Shown one piece after another: positions 53,336 through 64,000 of a DNA stretch of 64,000 nucleotides. The notes beneath the pieces are model-generated. The model saw nothing but the letters and a program-made list of their open reading frames with translations. It was not told the DNA's origin and did not search any database. Each line of letters opens with the position of its first letter. The first letter of the stretch is position 1. The stretch is from Octopus sinensis (lineage: Eukaryota). The stretch lies in NCBI RefSeq assembly GCF_006345805.1, contig NC_042998.1, positions 145,328,001 to 145,392,000 of the forward strand, written 5' to 3'. Both the position numbers and the translations under genes were made by a program.

Positions 53336-54312
53336 TACATACATGTACATATACATACACATTCGTACTCCTACATATACATCCGTACACATACATACCT
53401 GTACATATACATGGACACATGTACATACATGCAGATATACATAAACATACACACACAGTAAAACTGTGTCTAACTTTCTATCACATTTAACATTACCTTC
53501 CGACAACCTATAAATCGATATATCGATACTTTCCTTCAATATAGATGAAGTGGTAAACGGAATATTATGATTATATATATATATGTATGTATGCATGTAT
53601 ATATATATATATAATATATAATATATATATATAATATATATATATATATAATATATTATATATATATATAATATATATATATATATATAGATATATATAT
53701 ATATATAATATATAATATATATATATATATATATACATACATATATATATATGTATATATATAGATATATAGATATATTTATACATACATGTATATATGT
53801 TTGTGTATATATATATATTTCTATCTGTATATATATATTCATTTTCATTTTATATTTGTATCTTTTGTTTTTAATATACTTTTCGCATGGATTCACAACG
53901 AAGAGAATATTCGATATGGAAGGAACCATAGCAGGAGACCATTCTAATAAATAAGAGAAAATCTGAAGAGGTAAAAGCAGAAAAAGACACAAAGAAAAAA
54001 AAGAAAAGATTTAAAAAAAAGCAAAAATTAAGATAAAGAAAGCCAAAGAAAAATTATAAGACGAGAAACAAGAATACTACTAATAAGAATGGTAATAAGT
54101 AAAAGAAAATGATTCTCTCTGTCTATGAAGACTTTGGTAAAATAGAATAAATTTTATTTGAGTAAATAGAGACATTGTGTAGTAAACCTTGTGTAAGAAT
54201 TAACTACTTGCTAGGTAGAACTTTACCATGCGATGTATTTTAGGAGTCTGTTACGAATGCGGGGCAATATAGTTTATGGCTTAATACGTACGTATGTATG
54301 TATGTATGTATG

Positions 54313-54343
<31 letters not shown>

Positions 54344-54667
54344 TGTATGTATGTATGTATGCATGTATGGATGGGTGTATAGTTGTCTGTCCGGATGGAT
54401 GTAAATGTGTGCATTGTATCTACGTACGTGTGTGTTGACGTATGCTTGCACTTACGTTTATGTGTAAATACGTAAGAATATTTTGGTGGATACGATTTAT
54501 GGATGAACTAGAGAATAAGATAGATTGTTATGTATGTATATATGTATGTATGTATGTATGTATGACTGTGAATGTATGTGTACACAAACATATACGCATT
54601 TACACACACTTATATATATATATACATACAGTCATATATATATACATGCATACTTATATATATTATA

Positions 54668-54704
<37 letters not shown>

Positions 54705-54780
54705 CAAATATACATAGATATATAAATATAATATACACAGACAGATACACACATACACACATACATATTGACAGACGGAG

Positions 54781-54813
<33 letters not shown>

Positions 54814-54915
54814 AATAGATAGATAGACAGCTAGACAGACAGACAGACAGACAGACGTTGCTTTAAGAACTGTCCTACTTATCGTAATTCTAAATTTTTG
54901 TAGTTTCTCAATAAC

Positions 54916-54947
<32 letters not shown>

Positions 54948-55389
54948 CATACATTGGGAAGCACTCCGTCGGTTACGACGATGAGGGTTCCGGTTGATCC
55001 GATCAACGGAACAGCCTGCTCGTGAAATTAACGTGTAAGTGGCTGAGCACTCCACAGACACGTGTACCCTTAACGTAGTTCTCGGGGATATTCAGCGTGA
55101 CACAGAGAGTGACAAGGCCGGCCCTTTGAAATACAGGTACAACAGAAACAGGAAGTAAGAGTGAGAGAAAGTTGTGGTGAAAGAGTACAGCAGGGATCAC
55201 CACCATCCCCTGCCGGAGCCTCGTGGAGCTTTAGGTGTTTTCGCTCAATAAACACTCACAACGCCCGGTCTGGGAATCGAAACCGCGATCCTACGACTGC
55301 GAGTCCGCTGCCCTAACCACTGGGCCATTGCGCCTCCATACATACATACATACATACATTGTAGGGACTGAAGAAATACAAGCAGAAAT

Positions 55390-56446
55390 CTCAGTCCGCA
55401 TTCCATGCCATAAACCTGGCTAACAGAATGTCAATTGAGGAAGATAGGAGTCCGTATATGTTCAGTCCGCTGCGTATTCTACACAAACCGTAAATCCCAG
55501 GAGATTCAGCAATTAATCAGCACAAATTACTCCAGCTCCGTATTATCAGATACATTACACACTTCTGGGGATTTTCCCAATAATCAGTGTAGAATTAATG
55601 TAACTTTTTCAGTTGTTCTACTTCAGAAGGCACTATTTAATCAAGAATTATTAAGCTTGATTCTGATATCACTGTTCAGTTAGCTGTTTGATTTGCTTAA
55701 AAGGGATAACAGAAATAATGTTTTTCATTCCTTCAGATCCCTGTAAGCTCAGGAGATATGTCGAAGACGATGTCAGTGATTTTGCGTATTATGTTTTAAA
55801 TATCACGGCGACTGATGGTATTGTGTATGCTTTCATGACAGGAGTGCATTTTTGTGAGTTTTCCTTTATTTGATTATAGAGAACAACCTCTTAAATGTTT
55901 ATTAAAAACTCCGATACTTTATCTCTACACAATTTCAGCGTTTCGAGTTTTGATTGTGCTGTTGTGGAACCAATTATTTGAGTTAGCTTGAAGATCTTTT
56001 TGAAAATTTCACTGAAATTGTGTAGTGAATGGAAATTCTGCATTTGTGTTTTGCTGTGTAGGTCAAATAATATAACCTTTTCTTTTCTGTGTGTGGATCG
56101 AGGATCAAAACTGTAACATTTGGTTTAAACGTTGCTAGTGAATTTGATTACTGATAAAAAGGGTTAGCGAATTTTATGAATTCTTCCAGTTGTTTTTTGA
56201 GACTATCTATTCAATGAAGCGTAACAAGTTTACTAGATTCTGTGGTGCCTGATCCTGTGATAATTCTATACTGAATCAACTATGATCTAAATATTCATGT
56301 GTTTTCATTTCTATTTTTCGCAGAGTTAAGTGAGAGATAGATCTGCTTACCTTCTATACTCTCTTTAGCACATAAGTCTATCGAAGGTGAATACTCCGCA
56401 CATGACTTGCTACTTCCAAGTTGATAAACCACTCGTCAAACCAACA

Positions 56447-56510
<64 letters not shown>

Positions 56511-57000
56511 ACTCACACACTCACACACACACGCACACACTCGCACACACACACGCACACAGGGGGAAGGGAGGGAGAGAAATACAGGTATAACAAATAC
56601 CATACAACAGAAATACCTGTTTTATTAAAATTATCTGTATCACTTGAGGATCTATCAAATTTACCAAATGGCAATTAGAACTAGCTCCACATAGAAAAGG
56701 GAAGATAATCTCATGAATTACGAATTTCTCCAGTGCTGACATGCCGTTAAGGAAATAATTAGGCTTATTTTCTGGAGATAAGAGGACAATCATGGACATG
56801 TAATTTTATCTCAATAGGCTTCATCGGCATGACTATTGTCCTACATTATCACCAGCAGCCAAGGAAGGGACTTAAATACATTTATGGCCTCGGGAATTAC
56901 ATACTTAAAACAAAAATGGAAGACGAGCAAATCGAAACTTCGAACTCATTGTCTGAATTTTCCATCTATAAGTTAGTAAATAATCTGCTAAAATGTAATC
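55390..57000 (-). mobile_element. Probable ancient L1/Tx1-type LINE ORF2 relic (APE end, linker, start of RT)
   Basis: Minus strand gives, in the expected order, DHS (about 56285), LH*FYTDY (about 55590) and AESPGIYGL (cf. KSPGxDGL; 55480-55510). Many stops. Confidence 0.4.
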
Positions 57001-57289
57001 AGTTGGCTCAATGATAATTGTTTTTATATGCCACTTGATATAAATACACACATTAATAAACATATACATACATATACATGCATTTATATATGTGTATATA
57101 ATTATATATACATATTTACATACATATATAAGCATGTATATAATTACACACACACTCATGATTATGGCTGTCCACTCGTGACAGAGGAAGACTGTTGCTG
57201 ACCGTTGCCCATATAATGCAAGTAATGCCCGTGCATGAGGTTATTGTACAGCACAACCTAAAATTTTAGGTACAATTAGGCTTGCACAG

Positions 57290-57660
57290 AACCTCGCAGA
57301 CCCTCTCCTACTGACATGGCCCAGAGACAAGCCAGGGCAAAATACCCAGTGCCAATATGGTTCGCAGGTTCAGGAATCTGGGGGCAACATAATTTTAATT
57401 GAAAGCAAAAGATCCCCAAAATATTCAAGGTTCCTCCTTGGATATCTGGATAACAGAGTGACCTTCTCCTAGAGACATGCTTGAACAAAAGCTAAGGGGC
57501 ATCTCACTCCCGGTATCCTTCCAGCATGCCGGATACCAAGCTGAACCAATACTAGGTTTATCTGTCCTTTCGACAAGTCCTGCTGGGTTCGTAGCAACTC
57601 TCCTCACCAGGCATGTCTAAAGTTGTTGGTTTAGACGCCGAAGATCCGACCATGCAACTG
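57290..57660 (-). mobile_element. GC-richer island resembling an RTE-type LINE 5' UTR
   Basis: Composition and recalled similarity only (CCTGGTGAGGAG...GCTACGAACCCAGCAGG); no coding motif. Confidence 0.28.
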
Positions 57661-58289
57661 GTTGTACTGGATTTCATGTTAGCGGAGAACCGTGAGCGCG
57701 CGCATACACACACATTCACACCATCTTGAACTCTAAGACTAGTCCAAAAATCATTGAACTATGGTAAACTAGCTCAGAAACAAAAAAAATCCTTTTGATT
57801 CCACAAACTATTCAAAATCAGATCATGTGAATGCTTTCCCTCACCAACCAATCAACCTCCCACACTATATCTAAAAATAGCAACCATCCTTGCCAAACAC
57901 ACATACAAGACTAAAGATGAAGAGAAAAGGTTGGTCATTCCCCTAAAATTCTGTATAAATATTTCAATATGATTTCTGATGAAGTTTTGACTAAGCAATA
58001 CATGATTTCTCCTATCAAATACTGTCTACAAATTCTTTCTGTATATATGCTTATATACAATCATGACTTTTAATGAACTTATAAATAATTATGAATTTAT
58101 TTTACTGCCTATTTTGAACACTTTTATGTGAACTGTTTAAACTCAAAGCCCCTCTTAACATTTTCTTATCATTGTCAAAGTTTCTATTTCTTAACATTTT
58201 CTTACATTTTCAAAGACTCTATCACTGTATTTTAATACATCTATGTTAATGTTATGTCGCACGTTCGGATGCCTTCTACCTTTCTTGTT

Positions 58290-59175
58290 TCATCTCGAAG
58301 ATTGGCATTCCTCAGTCACTTTCTGCAAAGTGAGTTTCACATCTTGATTCAACTTTGATAATATTCTTTTTCTAATTTCCGCATCTTCCGTTGCCACTAG
58401 CCCTTTAACGAATATTAGGCACTTGAACATATCTAGCGTCAATTCTTCCAGCTTAAACCTTTCGCAAGCCTTATTAACCATACCGGCATACGTTACAAAA
58501 TCATTGGACTCGTTTTTCTTTAAATTTAAACATTCCCATCGAATGTTAAACTGCAAACATTTCTCGCTAAAAATATTAGTCAAAATATTTATCGTTTCAT
58601 CAAAACAATTCCGTGGGCTTTCTCGGCAAAATAAAGTTACAAAAACTTTCGTGTTCCGGAGTAGCAAGCTTTCGCAAAAGGAGCCTTACCTCTCTTTCAC
58701 TAGACCATCCCTTGCATTCCTCTTGGAATATGTCTTCGTATCGTCTGTAATATGCAGCAAAAGTAGTTCCTTCATCCGGATTGTAGTGAAATTCTTCGAT
58801 GGAATTTGCAACACCATCTGTTGAAAATGATTCTGTCGTATTTCTCGACTGCAGTAACAATTCTGTTAACTTCTGTAATTGTTGCTGCTGCTGCTGCTCT
58901 TGTTGTTTTACAACTGCTTTCAGTAACTCTTCCATTTCGGTACTATTCGAAACCTCGTCGCCACTGTTATATCGCAATACTACACAGTGGCTGTGTGAGC
59001 TACGAAATCCTCGTCTCCACTGTTGTATCGCCCGTTCGGATGACCTCTACTCAACTCAACTCCTAGACTTCTCCCTCTATATCTACGTATTGAGCTAGCC
59101 TACTTCATCGTCTGGGAGCGTCCACACAACAGATAACCATTTTAAAACACCACGAAGGCTACACAAAGCCTTACA
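58290..59175 (-). mobile_element. Truncated Ty3/Gypsy element: 155-bp TG...CA LTR (59021-59175), PBS and K02A2.6-like gag fragment
   Basis: ORFs 58600-58977 (FHYNPDEGTTFAAYYRRYEDIF...VRLLLRKL) and 58290-58667 (FNIRWECLNL...FKCLIFVKGL...IRKRILSKL); PBS TGGCGACGAGG is complementary to the tRNA-Ser(GCU) 3' end. Confidence 0.88.
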
Positions 59176-59305
59176 TTTTACTTTTGAAAATCTTTTTTTT
59201 TTAAAGTGGAACCGGCCAAGTCAATAAACATCTTTAAAAGACCTCTGCATTTTCAAATCCTCTTCCCTATACATGCATACATACATACATACATACATAC
59301 ATACA

Positions 59306-59365
<60 letters not shown>

Positions 59366-59421
59366 GTTTTAGAATTTGGTTTGCAAGATTCTTTATATGA
59401 GTTCTTGTGTTGAAGCATATT

Positions 59422-61031
59422 CTGTTGTGTCTGGGGAGAGTCATATTCTTTTTGTGCTTTATAATGTAACCCACTCACCGGTAAAATTTCCACTTATTTC
59501 TTCTTTTTATTTTCCTAAAGTTTTCGTTGCGTCTTGCGACCTTTTCAATAGTCTTGACTCTGTCCGTTATTTACACTGAGTTCCTTTTTGTTTGTTTGTG
59601 CGCATGTGTGTGGGTCAGTGTGTGTGTGTGCCTATGCATGCATGCACGTACGTATGTATGTGTGTATGTATATATGCATGTGTATGTATGTATATATGTG
59701 TATATATATGTATATATGTTTGTATGTGTGTGCATCTGTATGTATGTATCCTGCATATTCATTTATTCGTTCCGCAATGCTCCTAGATGTCTCCCCTATG
59801 TACGTCATGTTCATGTCTTTACAAGCACCTTCTATGCATCTTATGCTGTAAACTACATTTCGAGTTCTACAGTTAATACATACCATGCAGTTATCATTGG
59901 TGCATATGTTATTCTCAAAAGGGTACGTCCTACATAGTTGTGATCTGACGGAGTTCACTGGCTTTTCAACAATTTTAATGTTGAGTTTGGTCTCCTTCAG
60001 AGCTTTTCTAAATCTATGGGCTAGTTCTCCTTGGGCTGTGGCCTCTACGAACATCACTCCTTGATATTTGTCGGTTTTATACTACGTGTTCGCTCTGTTT
60101 GCTTTGTCACAAGTTCTTTGTATCCTATTCCATTCTTTGTTTCTATGTCTAGGGCAGGTACCACTGATATCATTACATACAATGTTGTCTAATTTCTTTC
60201 TAGCCCCGCTGTATACTCGAACCCTATCTTTCTGATCATATCCAGAGAACTGCATGCGGTGCACGAAGTTCTGTATATGTTTTTTATTTCATAGGGTTCG
60301 CATAGTGGAGACACATTGTTCATTATTCTAACTAATTCTGCTATCAGTATGTTAATTTTCATGTTGTGTGACAAAGCTGAGTTCTTGTGAATAACATATT
60401 TTGAAGTTATGGGTTTCATATAATAAGAGTGGAGGAGCTGCACTCTATTGTTCACAGTCTCTAACCAAAGTTCAGTATCAAGTACAGGGAGTCTATTGTT
60501 GGGGTGCTTAGTGGGGTAATCTATAGTTACCTTGATACTTTGGTGGCTGGAGTTAGCCATCTGCTGGATGCTCTCCATTACATTCTTCTCAGTTTCTACA
60601 TTACCGTCATTAGAGTTGGTCCTAACTATGATATTAATCTCATCTTCATATCTACTGTAGAGTAAAAGAGTTGTGGAATGTTCTGCTGACATTTGTTTAA
60701 ATTTTCTGTCCCACCAGGTCATGAAGAGGCCAGCCACATCTCCAGCTATACCTACACCGATGGCTTCACCTTGAACCTGCATGTATAGTTTTTTTTTGTT
60801 AAACTTTACTATGTGGTTTTTCAAGGTGGCTTTTACATTGGCTCCTATTGCATATGCAATCATTTCTTTCACCTGATTGTTGTTCTCAGGGTTTGGCGTA
60901 GGTGTGGTGCAGCCATTCCAGCGCTCTGTGGTGCTTTTCTTCACTGCTGAAGTGATGGTGGGTAGTCTTCCCCTCTGTGACCCGGTGGGGCAGAATCTAC
61001 TAAAGACCATGACTCTCCCCAGACACAACAG
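59422..61031 (-). mobile_element. Penelope-like element relic (RT palm/thumb, Cys-rich linker, GIY-YIG), Naiad-like
   Basis: ORF 60189-61028: QGEAIG...FMTWWD...YSRYEDE...LPVLDTELW...YYMKP; ORF 59632-60057: FVEATAQGELA...CTNDNCMVC...VVYSIRC...YIGETSRSIAER. 23-bp inverted repeats at 59422-59444 and 61009-61031. Confidence 0.88.
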
Positions 61032-61148
61032 TATATATATATATATATATAGATATATATATATATAATATATATATATATTATATGATTAAATGCATAT
61101 ATACATACGTATATGTACATTCATCCATACGTAAATATATATATATAT

Positions 61149-61904
61149 ATATGCATATGTGGGCACAGGGCATCATGAAACGTGTACAACAAAAATATGA
61201 AGCACGAGTTCATGGAACATGAACTATTCTTTCGAACAACGAAAGACACAAATGAAAAACTAAATAAACAACATAAAGGACGAATCTTCATCAGTTGTTG
61301 GCTTGTATTTCGAGTATTTAACAACAATATGTTTGATAAAACAGTTGTTCCCGCATATACGATCTTTTTACTCTTCCGTTTTTCTCTCTCTTATTCTTTT
61401 ACCTCCTCTTCTCCCACGATTCTATCCTATTACTCTGTCCCTCTCTGTCCGTCACTCCTCCTCCTTTGCTCATGTGGCTCCCACGTGTTCATCGGCCATC
61501 TTTCTTTCTTTCTCTCCGTTGTAGCTGGAACAAGGAACCCGTGTTCTTGTTTGTCTCCTGTCCTAACTTGATTTACGTGTCCGCCACCACAACCCCGTTT
61601 AGGCTTAGCAGCCCTTCCTGTTTGTTTTGCCTGTCTTGTTTGTGTTACCTCTTTTGACCCTCCGCAAAATCCCAAATTTTATTTAATTTGTTTTGCGGAA
61701 ACAACTGTTTTATCGAAAGCGTATATTGTTGTTAAATGCTCGAAATACGAGACTAGAAAAACAGCTAACAACAAAGAACAACTTATGTTCTTTGTTTAGC
61801 TTTCCATTTGTGTCTTTCGTTGTTCGAAAGAATAGTTCATCTTCCATGTACTCGTGCTTCGTATTTTTTGTTGTACACGTTTCATGACGTCCTGTGCCTA
61901 CATA

Positions 61905-61910
<6 letters not shown>
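61149..61910. repeat. Inverted repeat, about 205-bp arms (61149-61354 / 61695-61910)
   Basis: Reverse-complement alignment, roughly 80-85% identity. Confidence 0.88.
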
Positions 61911-61971
<61 letters not shown>

Positions 61972-62326
61972 TAATATATATATATGTATATATATATATA
62001 TTATATATACGTATAAATGTATGTACATATACGTATGCATATATGCATATACGTATATATTATTTATATTATTATATGATTGAACGCCACGCATACTCTT
62101 CCAAGTATATATATACCTTCCCAGAAAGAGTGGTGACTGTGAATTCGAAGTTTAAACTAGCTAGCCATGACCGGATTCTTCAATGAGGCCTAGGAAGCGA
62201 GATTTCAAAGTCACTGTCCTAACGTTTCATGTGGAAGTATAGTAATTAATTATGTACTCTATAAAATGTATTAAGCAATCTTTCAACTTAATGTTTCTTT
62301 TAGTATAACCGACATAAAACAAACAT

Positions 62327-62399
<73 letters not shown>

Positions 62400-63047
62400 A
62401 TATAAATGTGTGTATGCATATATGTATATATATATATGTATGTATGTATGCATGTATATATATAAACTGGGAGAAGGCGGAGAGAGTGATAACGAATATA
62501 TATGAAAAAAACCCGGAAATAATCCTAATAATTAGCGAAGTCTGAGACTAAATTCATAAATGTAAAACAATAGCAAATTTATTTTGTATTCTTGAAGTAG
62601 TTCTTTGATTTGTTTTTTTTAACAATAGATTTTTTTTCGGTGTTTACATCTCAAAACTTTTTCAATTTGCTTTCGAAACTTTATAAATAAATACTTGAAA
62701 TGTAAAGTGGAGAATAAAAGATTGAAAATGAAAGAAAAAATGCAAGAAACAAAATGGCGAAGTATTTAAGAACGTATCAAAATATTTCTTTTATGAAAAT
62801 GAAACAAAAATAAAGTACGAGACAAATTTTCATTGCTAGAAGGTAGATTCAAATAACGTGAGAGAGTGTGTGGGTGTGTGAAAGAAAAATAGAGAGAGAA
62901 AGAAAGAGAAAGAGAGAGAGAGAGAGGGAGAGAGAGAGGGAGAGAGAGAGAGTGTGTGTGAAGAGAGTTGGGGCAGGAAAATATGTTGAGAAATTAAGAG
63001 ATTAGTAGAAGACTAGGAAATAAGTTGCGAACAGAACGAGAGATATA

Positions 63048-64000
63048 TTAGGTTTTCCGAAAATAATGGCCGCTCTAAGCATTGTGTTTTGAAATGCAAT
63101 TTTATCATAGTATTTTAATTATATTTTAGGTGAATTTTGACATAGTTAATAATTGATGTATGCTCTTTAATAATTTTCTACTTATTTCAGACAGAATACA
63201 TTTTTGAAGCATAGGCGCCCTTAATTATGAACATGACATAAAAGAACCTTCGCTTACTTTTCTTGTATGAGTTCAAGCTTGGGCACAAGGCCTCCCAAAC
63301 TACTGCCAATATCAGTAGAGCATGGAGAGAGGGGTCCACAAGTGATCACACAGTACGAAGGTGGTTTCAGAAATTCCGTAGTGGTGATGAGAGCCTTGAA
63401 GATGAAGAAGGTACAGGACTGTCATACAATCTTAACAATGAACAATTGAAAGCAATTGTTGAACAAAATCCACGTCAAAGTGTTAGAGAAATGTCTCAGG
63501 TACTTGGTGTCGGTATTGCAACGGTCTCGCGCAATCTGCAGAAGATTCGTAAGGTGAAAAAGCTCGATAAATGGGTACCACATGAGCTCAATGAAAATCA
63601 AAAAGTTCGGCGTTTTGAAGTGTGCTCGATGCGCTTTCTGCGAAACACCAATGATCTTTTTCTTGATCGAATTGTCACTTGTAACGAAAAGAGGATCCTT
63701 TATGATAACCATAAATGATCAGGTCAATGGCTTGATCGTGATGAGTCTCCCAAACATTTCCCAAAGCTGAAGTTGCATCAGCAAAAGATTATGGTGACTG
63801 TCTGGTGGTCTGCAATTGGTGTTGTCCATTACAGCTTTCTGGAAGCCAATCAGAGCATTACTGCAGAGGTTTACTGCAATCAACTCGGTGAAATGCATGC
63901 TCACTTGCAAAAAATGAGACTTGCATTGGTAAATCAGCGTGGCCCAATTCTGCTTCACGATAATGTAAGGCCACATGCTGCAAGATTGACGCTGCAGAAA
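63048..64000 (+). mobile_element. Mariner (Hsmar1/SETMAR-like) transposon with pseudogenised transposase from 63227; runs off the window
   Basis: TA-TTAGGTT TIR start; YEFKLGH...TVRRWFQKFRSGD...WVPHEL...IVTCNEK (catalytic D changed to N)...KIMVTVWW...LLHDNVRPH; stops at 63239 and 63716. Confidence 0.93.

Noticed and set aside
62750-62765. AAAATGGCG YY1-like initiator or promoter
   Set aside because: A single short motif with no supporting exon or CpG-rich context.

Overview
AT-rich, repeat-saturated animal DNA, most likely a coleoid cephalopod (Octopus-like; inferred from recalled SINE families and very high microsatellite density, not from a database search). I cannot support any host protein-coding gene. 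Most long ORFs in the track are translations of (TA)n, (CA)n, (TACA)n, (TCTA)n or (AAT)n repeats. The rest is layered transposon debris: a nearly intact 1.63-kb IR/DR-type Tc1 (DD34E), a DD41D fragment, three mariner relics and a mariner MITE, five Dong/R4-type LINE pieces, plus R2-group, RTE, CR1-type and probable L1/Tx1 relics, a 5' Ty3/Gypsy fragment, two Penelope-like element (PLE) relics, a tRNA-Glu pseudogene and many tRNA-derived SINEs. The most interesting signal is a recurrent minimal type I hammerhead-ribozyme-like motif (stem I - CUGANGA-like core - extra purine - stem II - GAAA - tiny, often palindromic stem III - NUH - stem I'). It appears in six complete or near-complete copies and two partial ones. 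Several lie in or next to the window's many fold-back inverted repeats, and one lies in the tail of a tRNA-headed SINE-like element, a possible retrozyme/Sm-alpha-like system. All assignments are by eye; boundaries of decayed elements are approximate (tens of bp).
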